Virus record (IMG/VR): IMGVR_UViG_3300033183_000090 | Coordinates: 1-59,057 of that record | Origin: a virus | Taxonomy: Duplodnaviria; Caudoviricetes | Length of the DNA: 59,057 bases | Direction: 5' to 3' (one strand) | Part shown: positions 9,044-19,396 of the stretch, piece after piece | Layout of the letters: each line of letters opens with the position of its first letter | Numbering within the stretch: the stretch's first letter is position 1 | Position numbers and translations under genes: made by a program | Notes under the pieces: generated by a model | What the model was told of the DNA's origin: nothing | Seen by the model: the letters and a program-made list of their open reading frames with translations, nothing else | Databases searched by the model: none

Positions 9044-9451
9044 ATGCCTAAGTACCGCAAAGACGCAAACCCAGAAAAAGGATCAGGGGGGCTGGCACCA
9101 GTTACACCAATGCAAGTCGATCGCGTGCGTCGATCTGTACTGGATGTTGTACGGAAGAACATTCCAGAGGTGAGGGAGGTGTTGGCTGGTACGCGCAAGT
9201 GGGACGCTCAGCAGACAAGACTATTCACTGTTCTACTAAACAAAGTCATGCCAGACCTGCATCACTCGTTCAACGAACACACCATCGAGAACAAGCCGAC
9301 CCACGAGCTAACCATCCAAGAGCTTGAGGCCATTGCCGCGCAGGCACAGCGGGACGACCCACAGGACAATATCGACGATACTACTGAAGAAATCAGCGAC
9401 GCTGAAATTATCGAGATGATTGACGAGGCAGAAGATGGGAAGCAGACTTAG
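9044..9451 (+). CDS. terS: Putative terminase small subunit
   Basis: Position upstream of terL; LLNKVMPDL and ELTIQELEAI patterns. Confidence 0.6.
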   Translation: MPKYRKDANPEKGSGGLAPVTPMQVDRVRRSVLDVVRKNIPEVREVLAGTRKWDAQQTRLFTVLLNKVMPDLHHSFNEHTIENKPTHELTIQELEAIAAQAQRDDPQDNIDDTTEEISDAEIIEMIDEAEDGKQT

Positions 9452-10163
9452 CGACGCTATTGGCGAAGTGGACTGGCTGGGGCCAATCGAGGGCGAGGGC
9501 GCACTCCATATCACGCCACAAACTGCCGCCGTTGCACGCGGCGTAGTCGACCCCGGCGGTGGGGCCATCAGTCTGCGCGGTGACGTAGCCCTAGAGTCCC
9601 ACATGGACAACGGCGCGTTCGTTGGCGCTGGTGTGCGTGGTCATGGCGGACTAGCCAATGGTCGCATCCATTACGGTGGAAACCCGTACCTCACAATCAA
9701 CAACCCAGTCTCTGCCATTCCCGCCGAACATTGGATACGCCGCGACGGTGCAGACCATCGCAACTTCATGCCCGGCGAAACCTCTATGGGTATCAACGGC
9801 AACAACATGGGCGTCCACTACAGTCGCACAGACGAGGCAGACTACCAGCCACAGATCGACCATATCCGCCTGATGTTCAACCAAGCCCTGAAGAGCGGCA
9901 TGCTCGAAGGCTACATCGAGAAGGTGCGCACTGGCGACTTCAACGGCTGGGATGGCTCAACAGAAACAGGCGCTGGCGTCAGTTACCGTGGCGATCACTT
10001 CGGTGCCAGATACGACACCCGCCGCCACGGCGACGGCACTCGCTCTCACTCCGTTGGGGCAGACTATGCAAAGGGCGGCTTCAGCGCTGGCATATCCGCC
10101 GACCAGTACGGCAATGAACGCCCAAGCGTAAACGCTGGGATCAGATACGAGGTACAGTTCTAA
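9435..10163 (+). CDS. Gly/aromatic-rich beta-barrel-like protein
   Basis: Alternating amphipathic strands, ends YEVQF; ATG at 9435 follows GAGG (track start 9420). Confidence 0.6.
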   Translation: MGSRLSDAIGEVDWLGPIEGEGALHITPQTAAVARGVVDPGGGAISLRGDVALESHMDNGAFVGAGVRGHGGLANGRIHYGGNPYLTINNPVSAIPAEHWIRRDGADHRNFMPGETSMGINGNNMGVHYSRTDEADYQPQIDHIRLMFNQALKSGMLEGYIEKVRTGDFNGWDGSTETGAGVSYRGDHFGARYDTRRHGDGTRSHSVGADYAKGGFSAGISADQYGNERPSVNAGIRYEVQF

Positions 10164-10483
10164 TGTCAGAAAACTTCCACAACAAAATCTATTACCACCA
10201 AACAGACCGTCCCCGCGACGAAGTCACCCACTACGCTGGCAACACCCAGCAGAAACCACTAACCCGCACACCAGACGGCGGCCAGCAGATGGGCGACCAA
10301 CGCGCTTGGCTCCATGTGGCTAACTCGCTGAGAGCGGAATACGACCACTACGGCCCTGAAGAGTTTGAGCGCCGCCACGGTGTCTCGTGGGAAGAGGTTT
10401 CAAAGATGGTTACGGACGCACTGGACAATGCTCCGACATCCCCTTTCTACATGGCACCTCCACGAAACATGCGCGACAGGTAA
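10163..10483 (+). CDS. Hypothetical protein (106 aa)
   Basis: TAATG-coupled ORF. Confidence 0.6.
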   Translation: MSENFHNKIYYHQTDRPRDEVTHYAGNTQQKPLTRTPDGGQQMGDQRAWLHVANSLRAEYDHYGPEEFERRHGVSWEEVSKMVTDALDNAPTSPFYMAPPRNMRDR

Positions 10484-10490
10484 CCCCTTA

Positions 10491-12110
10491 ATGTCACTAT
10501 CACCCCAAGAAGCCGCTCAATATCTACTGCGCCTCAAGAAGGCGCAATCATCGTTTAAGGAGTTCGTAAGTGCGCTATACCCGAATTTTGAACTGGCAGA
10601 TTTTCAACTCGAACTCATTGAGACGTTGGATGCTCTTGAGCGCGGTACGCTTGGATGTCAGCGTTTGCTTATTACGATGCCGCCTCGCCACGGCAAATCT
10701 TGGATCGCGTCGACGCTCTTCCCGGTTTACTACCTTGCTCGAAAGCCTAATCGAAACGTACTTGCAACCTCTTACAACCAAGACTTGGCGAAAACTTTCG
10801 GGCGTCAAACGCGAGACCACGCCAGAGAGCCGCTCGTAAGCCAAGCCTTTCCAGACTTCCGCATGTCAGACGAGTCTAAAGCCGTCGACGACTGGCGCAC
10901 GACTCTGGGCGGTTCTTACTACGCAACAGGTATGGGCGGCTCCACAACTGGCCGCGCCGCAACATTACTCTTAGTCGACGACCCTATTAAAGCCCGCGAA
11001 GAAGCGGACTCAGCAACTCAACGTAATAAAACTTGGAGCTACTATGTCTCTGCACTCACTACTCGTAAACAGCCAGAACCTGATGGCACAAAGCCTATCG
11101 AAATCGTTATCCTTACTCGGTGGCATCCTGCCGATCTGGCAGGTCAAATTATGGATACAGACGACTGGAAAGAAGGAGCATGGCACCACGTCAACTTCCC
11201 AGCCATCCGAAGAGTTAAGGGAACCATCAAGCAATCCGTCGCCAGCCTCCCCGAAGACGACCCGCGCTACATCCCGCAAGGCGAACTCAGCAAAGTCGCC
11301 CCCGGCAAACGGCACTACTACCCGGAAGAGGAAGCCGCGCTCTGGCCCGAACGCTTCCCGCTCGAAGAACTCAAGAAGCGCGAAAGACTAGACGCCCGAG
11401 AGTTTGCGTCTCTCTACCAGCAGTCGCCATACATCCAAGGCGGTAACCTGATCCGCCAGCAGTGGTGGCGTCAGTACAAGGTAGACGAAACGCCATACTG
11501 CCCGACCGTCATCATCGCTTGCGACACAGCCTTCAAGAAGACTGAGACCGCAGACTACAGTGTGATGATGACGCTGGGCATGGATCAGTCTGGCGACATC
11601 TTCATCCTCGACATCCTCCGCGACAAGCTCGACTTTCCCGAACTCAAGCGAGCCGCAGTCGCACAGAACGCAAAATGGCGAGGACGCGGCCTTCGTGGCT
11701 TCTACATCGAGGACAAAGCGTCAGGCCAATCCCTAATCCAAGAACTCCGCAACCAGTCTGGCATCGCAGTCATTCCAGTAAAGATCGGTAGCGACAAAGT
11801 GTCCCGCGTCAACGCCGTACTGCCTCTTATCGAAGGGGGACGAGTTTTTGTTCCAGATCAGGCAGAATGGCTGGACAAGTTTATGGATGAGGCACAGACG
11901 TTCCCGAGTGGTGCGCATGACGACATGGTCGACGCCTTATCTATTGGACTTGACGCAATTTCACGGATGGGCGGCCAAGTGTCTGAAATGCTTAGCGGCC
12001 CGATCCATGTAGGGAACTCGTTGAACGCCCAGATGAAAACCACGGGCGGCAAATGGTGGGAAAAAGAGATGAAAGTCGAGCCACAATTCAAAGGTTGGGG
12101 AGAGGTATAA
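10491..12110 (+). CDS. terL: Terminase large subunit
   Basis: MPPRHGKS Walker A, LLLVDDP, TRWH, DTAFK, IEDKASG, HDDMVDA. Confidence 0.95.
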   Translation: MSLSPQEAAQYLLRLKKAQSSFKEFVSALYPNFELADFQLELIETLDALERGTLGCQRLLITMPPRHGKSWIASTLFPVYYLARKPNRNVLATSYNQDLAKTFGRQTRDHAREPLVSQAFPDFRMSDESKAVDDWRTTLGGSYYATGMGGSTTGRAATLLLVDDPIKAREEADSATQRNKTWSYYVSALTTRKQPEPDGTKPIEIVILTRWHPADLAGQIMDTDDWKEGAWHHVNFPAIRRVKGTIKQSVASLPEDDPRYIPQGELSKVAPGKRHYYPEEEAALWPERFPLEELKKRERLDAREFASLYQQSPYIQGGNLIRQQWWRQYKVDETPYCPTVIIACDTAFKKTETADYSVMMTLGMDQSGDIFILDILRDKLDFPELKRAAVAQNAKWRGRGLRGFYIEDKASGQSLIQELRNQSGIAVIPVKIGSDKVSRVNAVLPLIEGGRVFVPDQAEWLDKFMDEAQTFPSGAHDDMVDALSIGLDAISRMGGQVSEMLSGPIHVGNSLNAQMKTTGGKWWEKEMKVEPQFKGWGEV

Positions 12111-13997
12111 ATGGATTACAAAAGTGATTTGACGATCCCCCAACGTGACGTAGTCGTCGACTTGTCGAACTTAGCTGAGAAGCTAATGAACTATGACGAC
12201 ATCTCGGACATGCTCTCGGAAGAACAAGAGCAGAAGCTAATCAACTACGTCCACTCAATCTCGAAGATGTCGCATGACCGCATCTCACGCCGCTACGACC
12301 ACTGGCGCGATGCAGACCGTGCGCACGACGTATGGGTGCCTGCTGACAGTACAAAGTTCCGAGAGAAGATCGTAGTCGCGGACACACGCGCAATCGCCGA
12401 CACAGTCCTCACTTACCTCATGGCGGCCCTCACGGGCCGCAACCCTATGTTCCAACTGGAAGGCTTGAACCGCAAGTCTCGCCAGTCGTCCATGATCCTT
12501 GAGCGTCTGCTACACCAGCACATGCGCCGCACAGCAGGCGAGGCACGCATCGCGCAACTCCTGCTCGACTCGATCCGCTACGGCTTTGCTCCTACAAAAG
12601 TAGTATGGAACCCGCAGACTAAGACTAACGACATCGTGAACTTCGACCCACGTCGCTGTTTCCCTGACCCTCGTGTCAACTGGGGCGACTGGGATCGCAT
12701 GCAGTTCATCGTCTACAGCGACCACATGTCGACTGGCGCTCTCATCGGTTCGGGCCTTTACCCGAAGGTAAGCAAGTACCCAGCGCTCCGCCGCAAGATG
12801 CCAATGCGCCACGCATGGGAATCACACGGTTGGTTCAAAGAGGAGGGCCGTGGCCTCAACCTCAACCCAGAAGACCCAATCGCTACAGCAAACAACGGCT
12901 CGTACTTCTCGCTAGACAGTTCCCGTATCGTCGACGAGGCGTGGATACGCTTCAACGGCTACGAGTTGAACATCCCGCAAGTCGAGCAAATCTGGATGCT
13001 TGTCACCGTCCTCGACGAACAAGTCGTAATCCGCGCACAGCTAAACCCTTATGGCCGTCAGTTCCCGACGGTCATTGGCGGCCTGTACCATGACAGCCAC
13101 AAGACTTACGCCCAGTCGCTATATGATCTTCTCCTCCCACTCCACGAGATCAGTACTTGGCTCCTCCGCAGTCGCGTGGACAACGTGCAGGCCGCCCTCA
13201 ACAACCTGATCTTCGTCGACCCGACCTCTGTGTCTGTACCCGACCTGATCGACCGCAATCCTTGGGGTCTCGTTCGCACATTGCCGGGTACCAAGCCCGG
13301 TGACGGTGTGTTCATCGCCGAGGTGCCAGACGTAACTCGCGGCCACTGGAACGACATCGGTGCGATGTCTGAACTGAAGCAACGTGTGTCTGCCGCCTCA
13401 GACGCCCAGCAGGGCATGCCAACCAGTGACGGTATCCGTACCGCCACCGAGATTGCGCGACTAACCCAGCTTGGCTCGCAACGCCTTGGCGTTATCGCCC
13501 GTATCATGTCGTCCACCACCATCCGCCCACTTGTGCGCATGATGGTTGGCAACCTGCAAGACGCGCTCGAATACGAAGGCTCACTCCGCATCCTTGCTGA
13601 CGACAGCCCCGGACAACTGAGCGGCCTCATCAAGGACGACTATCTCGACTTCGACGTAGGCATGCTTCAGGGCGACATCGACTACCTAGTCGTAGACGGC
13701 ACACTGCCAATCGAACCAACGCGGAACGCAGAGACATGGATGAACATCCTGCAAGTGATGAACGGCGCTGGTCTGAACATGGAATACAAGGTTGGCAAGA
13801 TCGCCGAAGAAGCCATCCGCTCGATGGGCGTCAGCGACCTTGACCAGTTCAAGATCAGTTCCCAAGAGCGCCAGCAAGGCATGACCCCATCACAGCAGAT
13901 GTCGATGATGGAGCGTATGCGTGGCGCGAACGTGATGCCTCAAGAGCAGATGCAGAACGAAATCCAAAAAGGCAACCTGAAGAGATTGGGGGAGTAA
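12111..13997 (+). CDS. Portal protein
   Basis: 628 aa directly after terL; RTATEI motif of P22/SU10-type portals. Confidence 0.85.
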   Translation: MDYKSDLTIPQRDVVVDLSNLAEKLMNYDDISDMLSEEQEQKLINYVHSISKMSHDRISRRYDHWRDADRAHDVWVPADSTKFREKIVVADTRAIADTVLTYLMAALTGRNPMFQLEGLNRKSRQSSMILERLLHQHMRRTAGEARIAQLLLDSIRYGFAPTKVVWNPQTKTNDIVNFDPRRCFPDPRVNWGDWDRMQFIVYSDHMSTGALIGSGLYPKVSKYPALRRKMPMRHAWESHGWFKEEGRGLNLNPEDPIATANNGSYFSLDSSRIVDEAWIRFNGYELNIPQVEQIWMLVTVLDEQVVIRAQLNPYGRQFPTVIGGLYHDSHKTYAQSLYDLLLPLHEISTWLLRSRVDNVQAALNNLIFVDPTSVSVPDLIDRNPWGLVRTLPGTKPGDGVFIAEVPDVTRGHWNDIGAMSELKQRVSAASDAQQGMPTSDGIRTATEIARLTQLGSQRLGVIARIMSSTTIRPLVRMMVGNLQDALEYEGSLRILADDSPGQLSGLIKDDYLDFDVGMLQGDIDYLVVDGTLPIEPTRNAETWMNILQVMNGAGLNMEYKVGKIAEEAIRSMGVSDLDQFKISSQERQQGMTPSQQMSMMERMRGANVMPQEQMQNEIQKGNLKRLGE

Positions 13998-14294
13998 ATG
14001 GCTACACCTAAAGCGGCGCAACTAGAACAAGCCACAGGCTTCACTCCCAACCAAAAGGCTTGGGTGAAAGCACTTGTGTCTGAAGCAGTGAGCGCGACAA
14101 CCACAGCACTGCAAGCGGAAATCCGCGCAGAGATCGCCAAAGCACACAGCGGCAGTCAGGCGACCGCCTCGACTGGCACAAAAGTGTTGGAAGATCGTAT
14201 TGAATCCCTCGCTCAAAGGTTCGAGGAGGACGACAAGTATAGCCTTACCAAGGCAAAATTGGTTCGTCTAATGAAGCAGATGGGGATTGACTGA
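13998..14294 (+). CDS. Hypothetical protein
   Basis: GGAG RBS, coupled ORF. Confidence 0.7.
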   Translation: MATPKAAQLEQATGFTPNQKAWVKALVSEAVSATTTALQAEIRAEIAKAHSGSQATASTGTKVLEDRIESLAQRFEEDDKYSLTKAKLVRLMKQMGID

Positions 14295-15331
14295 TGGCAA
14301 TCACGTCACCAACCACAGAGCAACTACGATTTCGCTCTTCTAAAACAGGTATTCACAACCTCGACGCCTATTTAGAGGCCGCCGAGAAAGGTGGCCGTGA
14401 GCTTCCCGATCTGCTTGATGACCTCTTCGATGCCAACGGTGACATCGACCCCAACCTGTTTCAGTTCCGCGTAAACAGTTCGACCTATAAACTTCAGGTT
14501 CGTGTAGGCCAGTTTGGCACCTCAAACGCTGGCTATGTAGATGTGCCGGACGGCACGTTCTTCCGCCCAACTGGTGCGTTCATTACTGGCACCTCATACG
14601 AAATCCACGACTTGTTTGAGGACGGCGGTAACCTTTACATGGTCACCGTCGCTCACGTCGGCGGCGCTATTCCTGACGTAACGAAGACACAGATTGTTCT
14701 GCGCGGCGGTGCGGGCGCTGTCCCCTCAACAACCACTCGTCTCGCGGGTCACAAAGGCCACTTCTTGCAAGTGGACTCAACCCAGTCTGGGTACAACCTA
14801 GTTCCATTTGCTGACAGCAACATTTTTTACGGCATCAGCGTGAACGCCAGCAACGAGTTCGAGATGACTGTTGTAGGCAAGACGCTTCAGTTGGCAGAGG
14901 CCGCAGTCATTACAAGTCTGCAAAACTATGTCACTGGCGACATGACTGATCCTTTAGTCGCAGTCGGATTCTGGGATGAATACTATGTCTACAACGGCAC
15001 GCAACGCCGGATGTTCGACGTAAACAACGACGGCGCGACCGTACCAGACTTGGACGACGTGATCGACTTAGCAAAGGTAATCGCTGGTATCACGACTAGC
15101 GGCGTCGCTTACGACGCATACGCTCTGCACATTAAGCCGACGCTCGTATCACGCGAAGCCGCGTACTCTAACTACGACGTGAATACAGGCGTAGACGTTG
15201 AGAAACTATTCAACTGGGCGCTTGATCCATCTCCTAACGCCGTCAATCCCAAAGACTACGACGCCTATTTCATCGGCAACGGTAGCGCCGACTTATCAGT
15301 CGTAAACAACGAATTGGTGCTAACGCTATGA
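14294..15331 (+). CDS. Virion/tail-associated protein with an EF-hand/dockerin-like loop
   Basis: Structural context; DVNNDG...DDVIDLAKVIAG. Confidence 0.65.
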   Translation: MAITSPTTEQLRFRSSKTGIHNLDAYLEAAEKGGRELPDLLDDLFDANGDIDPNLFQFRVNSSTYKLQVRVGQFGTSNAGYVDVPDGTFFRPTGAFITGTSYEIHDLFEDGGNLYMVTVAHVGGAIPDVTKTQIVLRGGAGAVPSTTTRLAGHKGHFLQVDSTQSGYNLVPFADSNIFYGISVNASNEFEMTVVGKTLQLAEAAVITSLQNYVTGDMTDPLVAVGFWDEYYVYNGTQRRMFDVNNDGATVPDLDDVIDLAKVIAGITTSGVAYDAYALHIKPTLVSREAAYSNYDVNTGVDVEKLFNWALDPSPNAVNPKDYDAYFIGNGSADLSVVNNELVLTL

Positions 15332-17049
15332 CAATAGATATATCGAATCTCGGACAGAAATGGCGTGGGCTTTACTCAGACAGCGCCGAGTACAAGAAAG
15401 GCGATGTCGTCCGCAAGGACGGCCACCCGCAGGTGTACAACGGAACCAACTGGTCTAAGATCGGCGTCAGCCAACTCAATGCCACGACTAAGGGCGAAAT
15501 TCTTTCGCCGGGGGCTACGCGCTCTATCAACGGCGTTAGCGGGCAAGAGCTAGTCGTTGGATCGGGCGGCGTCATTCAATTCGCGTACAAAGAAGGCCGC
15601 CACGGCAACACAGTCTACAAACTGGCACGCACTCAGCACCGCGCCGCAGAAGGCGAAGTATGGAACAAGGGCATTAGCAGTTCCTTGTACGGTCTTCCAC
15701 ATCAGAACTTCGGCTTCATTATGACTGACGGCTCCGTCCGCATGATTGGCCGATCAGACAACGGGACACTAGGCACTGGCAACACAAACGACATCAGCCG
15801 CGCCTTCCCGGTAACCGCCGCTTTCCCTCCGGGAACAGCGCCAATCGTTGACCTTGTCATGGGGCCACACGCCGCAACAACAGCCGCGATTGACGCAGAC
15901 GGTCAACTTTGGATGTGGGGCGAGAACAACTACGGCCAATGCGGTGTTGGCAACACAACAGACGTGCGCGTCCCAACGCTAATCAATGGTCGAGGTCAGC
16001 TACCAGCAAACGCCAAAGTCACTTCTGTTGAGTTCGGCACTGCTCCTTGGTGGGGCTACCACTGCACAATGCTCCAGTGTGACGATGGCCGAATCTACGC
16101 TATGGGTTCCAACAGATATGGCGCTCTTGGTTTTGAAAACGGTAGCTCATCAGACACATATTCGCCGACTTTAGTTCCGATTAGTGAGCGACTGAACATT
16201 GTTCGCTACTATCCAACGGCACAATATCACCAGTCTACAGTCTGGATCACGGACGAAGGCCACGTCTACATGTGCGGCGAGTACAACTCGATTGGCCGCA
16301 CAGCCACAGACAACGCATCTTACAGCTACCCACGCTTGTGGGCGCAGTCGATTATCGACCCAATCAAACACTTCTCTAACGAGGAAAGTGACTCGCACGC
16401 TCGTACTGGCGACCAATACTACCGCCACTACACATTTACCTCATGGGCTGGGAACACTTACCGCTGGGGCCACACTCAGATTTATTCTGGCACAGGGCCG
16501 TCGTATCCTTCGGCTGAAGCATGGGTTCCTTGGCTAGATGACCGCCATGGACAGCAAGCCGCAGAATACTATGGCACTCAAGGCGATTACCCAACCAACA
16601 TGCTTCGCACAAAAGACGGGCGCATATACGGCATTGGGTACGGCGGCCACGGTGCCGCAACATTCGGTAACGGCAATCAAAGCCAGTGGCTCGAACTAAC
16701 CGATCTCGGAAGTGACAACAAATATCTGTGGCACGGCGGCGCTCGTTACGGCAAAGCCGCGCTAGTCTGGAAGAACGATGGACGTATTATTTATTGGGGC
16801 ATGGCTCGTAATGGTGTTGCTGGTATGGGAGCAGACTTTAGTGGCACAAACACAGAGCCAGTAAAGTTGAACAGGAAAATCGTAGATTTCCAAATTGCCG
16901 GGTATGGGTACGACGACACCGGGTACAACAGGTTATATTTCCTTGACGAGCATGGCGTGGCCTATGGGTGCGGCCAGAACAACTACAACGTACTAGGCTT
17001 CGATGATGACAATGAAAGCATCTACACGCCGACGACCGTGATCTTTTAA
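15328..17049 (+). CDS. RCC1/BLIP-II-repeat tail/receptor-binding protein 1
   Basis: Repeats such as GQLWMWGENNYGQCGVG; N-terminal W.G.Y.....Y..GDVV motif. Confidence 0.8.
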   Translation: MTIDISNLGQKWRGLYSDSAEYKKGDVVRKDGHPQVYNGTNWSKIGVSQLNATTKGEILSPGATRSINGVSGQELVVGSGGVIQFAYKEGRHGNTVYKLARTQHRAAEGEVWNKGISSSLYGLPHQNFGFIMTDGSVRMIGRSDNGTLGTGNTNDISRAFPVTAAFPPGTAPIVDLVMGPHAATTAAIDADGQLWMWGENNYGQCGVGNTTDVRVPTLINGRGQLPANAKVTSVEFGTAPWWGYHCTMLQCDDGRIYAMGSNRYGALGFENGSSSDTYSPTLVPISERLNIVRYYPTAQYHQSTVWITDEGHVYMCGEYNSIGRTATDNASYSYPRLWAQSIIDPIKHFSNEESDSHARTGDQYYRHYTFTSWAGNTYRWGHTQIYSGTGPSYPSAEAWVPWLDDRHGQQAAEYYGTQGDYPTNMLRTKDGRIYGIGYGGHGAATFGNGNQSQWLELTDLGSDNKYLWHGGARYGKAALVWKNDGRIIYWGMARNGVAGMGADFSGTNTEPVKLNRKIVDFQIAGYGYDDTGYNRLYFLDEHGVAYGCGQNNYNVLGFDDDNESIYTPTTVIF

Positions 17050-17061
17050 TGGAGAGACAGA

Positions 17062-19125
17062 ATGGCAACAGTTAATCTAGGGAAGGTATCCTTTAGTTGG
17101 AAGGGGGCATACGACGCAACTGCCACTTACAACGAACAGGACATCGTGAATTATGAAGGCTCGTCGTATGTCTGTACGACTGACCAGACCACTGGTGTTA
17201 CGCCTGTCTCCAATGTGTTCTACAACGTAAACCCGCAGACTATCTCCTATGTAGTCACGGTGGCGCAGGACGCTGGCGGGATTGACCGTCTGTTTATTGA
17301 TGGGACTCAACAGCAAGTTCTCACGCTTCAGCGCGGCAACACTTACATCTTCGATGTATCTGACCCCTCAAACGTAGGCCACCTGCTTGATTTCAATGAC
17401 GGCGGCGTCCAGTACACTGGTACGGGTGTTACCCGGAACGGCACTGTTGGCACTGCAAACGCGAATGTAACCTTTGTTCCGCCATTAACACTGGTCACAT
17501 CTAGCTTTGAATATGTTTGCGCCAACCACGCAGACGAAGGTGCTTCGATCACGATCAACTCAACAGCTTCAAACACTGGTTACATCGCCGCATCTAATTG
17601 GGATTTGTTCGCGCAGGGCGTTGAGGGCATCACTACTGACCCTAACGACATCCTGTACTACGACGGTAATCAACTACAGAAACTGTCCGCTGGTAACGTC
17701 GGCGACGTGCTTTCTATTGGCAATAACGGCCTCCCAGAGTGGAGCGCACACAAGGCTCGCACAGGCGTGCGCGTCACAGCAATCAACGACCATCGCACCA
17801 TGATGTATCGCAGAGGGTGCGCTGTTATGGATGATGGCTCTGTGCGCTGGTGGGGCAGGGGCGAAAACTGGATGTTAGGCCAAGGGTCTTACACCGCTGA
17901 CCGCTCATACCCAATCCGCACGGCGTTCCCGCATGACGCAAAAGCCATCAAGTACATCTGTGGTCAGTACGACTACCAGTCCATCGCTATCGACGTTGAT
18001 GGTGGCCTCTACGTCTGGGGACAGAACGATTATGGTGATTGCGGCACTGGCAACACATCAGATGTCTGGACGCCATACTACGCATCCGGCAACAACGCGA
18101 ACTCTATATACGGCAAAGTAGTGACAGACTACGCGCCGATGTGTTCAAACCAAAACTACAACTCGACTTTGGTTCTGTGCGACGACGGTACGGTACACGC
18201 TTCTGGGTACAACGGATACGGCCAACTGGGCGTTGGCGATACGACTAACCGCTCAAACTTCGTCGAGCTACAGCTACTCACTGATGCAAACAATAAGGTA
18301 GTCCAGATTGAGCGCGGCAACGAGCGCTACACTCACTGCTTGGCATTGCGCGAAGATGGCAATGTGTGGTCTTGGGGCTACAACACCAGTGGTCAGTTGG
18401 GTCATGGGAACACTACACAGCTAAACATCCCACAGCGCATCCAGTATTTCGTGACCAATAACATCACGATCAAGAAAATTGGGTGCGGCAACGGTACTTC
18501 GTGGGCAATCGACACCAACGACAACTTGTATGTCTGGGGCTATAACGGCTACGGCAACTTGGGCCACAACGGCACAACCACTAACGCTGTTACATACTCA
18601 CCAGTCCTAGTCCTGACGGATGTGGCTAACTGCTACATGTGCCAAGCCGACTACGACTTCACGATTGCTCGCAAGACAGATGGCACTATCTGGGCAACTG
18701 GCGACAATAGCTATGGATGCCTCGGCGTTGCGGCTGACACAACAGACCGCTCTGGCTTCACACAATGTTGCAGAAACGGAAGCACCACCGACTACATGCA
18801 AAACATTGTGAAAGTCGTACATGGCGGCACAGGGTCGTACAACTACGCAATCGCGCTAGACGCTGACGGTGTTGCTTGGTCTGTAGGCTATAGCGGCAAC
18901 GGCCAGTTGGGGCGTGGCACAAGCGACGCAACAAACTACTTCTATTACCCAGTCCTGCTTAACAAAACTATCGTCGATATTTGTTGTGTAGGAACAGGCT
19001 CCGAAGGCGGCACCTGCTTCCTTTGCGATGATGGCTCAATGTACCAGTGTGGTTACGCAGGCGAATCTCAGTTGCCTGAAGACGACGACGAGTACATTCA
19101 GACACCAATGCCTGTGATCTTCTGA
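17062..19125 (+). CDS. RCC1/BLIP-II-repeat tail/receptor-binding protein 2
   Basis: Multiple WG.N.YGQLG.G repeats; CBM5/12-like N-terminus; cupredoxin-like insert. Confidence 0.85.
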   Translation: MATVNLGKVSFSWKGAYDATATYNEQDIVNYEGSSYVCTTDQTTGVTPVSNVFYNVNPQTISYVVTVAQDAGGIDRLFIDGTQQQVLTLQRGNTYIFDVSDPSNVGHLLDFNDGGVQYTGTGVTRNGTVGTANANVTFVPPLTLVTSSFEYVCANHADEGASITINSTASNTGYIAASNWDLFAQGVEGITTDPNDILYYDGNQLQKLSAGNVGDVLSIGNNGLPEWSAHKARTGVRVTAINDHRTMMYRRGCAVMDDGSVRWWGRGENWMLGQGSYTADRSYPIRTAFPHDAKAIKYICGQYDYQSIAIDVDGGLYVWGQNDYGDCGTGNTSDVWTPYYASGNNANSIYGKVVTDYAPMCSNQNYNSTLVLCDDGTVHASGYNGYGQLGVGDTTNRSNFVELQLLTDANNKVVQIERGNERYTHCLALREDGNVWSWGYNTSGQLGHGNTTQLNIPQRIQYFVTNNITIKKIGCGNGTSWAIDTNDNLYVWGYNGYGNLGHNGTTTNAVTYSPVLVLTDVANCYMCQADYDFTIARKTDGTIWATGDNSYGCLGVAADTTDRSGFTQCCRNGSTTDYMQNIVKVVHGGTGSYNYAIALDADGVAWSVGYSGNGQLGRGTSDATNYFYYPVLLNKTIVDICCVGTGSEGGTCFLCDDGSMYQCGYAGESQLPEDDDEYIQTPMPVIF

Positions 19126-19136
19126 GGAACGGGAAA

Positions 19137-19394
19137 GTGACGGATACAGTGACCCTCTCACAAGCCGAACTAGAAGTCCTTCTCCAGCAAGCCGCGAAGC
19201 GGGGGGCGGAGGAGGCTCTAAACAAGCTCGGCCTGCATGATGACAACGCGGGCCACGACATCCGGGAACTCCGCCAGCTTATCGACAGTTGGCGGGAGGT
19301 AAAACTAACTGCGACTAAGACCCTAGTTAAGTGGCTTATGCTCGGTATCATCGGCATAATTTCGCTTGGCGCTTACCTTAACATTAAGCCGTAA
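19137..19394 (+). CDS. DUF6127-like small membrane protein
   Basis: AAKRGAEEAL.KLGL.D..A..DIRELR.LID.WR plus C-terminal TM helix. Confidence 0.7.
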   Translation: MTDTVTLSQAELEVLLQQAAKRGAEEALNKLGLHDDNAGHDIRELRQLIDSWREVKLTATKTLVKWLMLGIIGIISLGAYLNIKP

Positions 19395-19396
19395 CC

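Noticed and set aside
15328-19125. Diversity-generating retroelement acting on the RCC1 paralogues
   Set aside because: No reverse transcriptase and no near-identical template/variable repeat pair differing at adenines was seen
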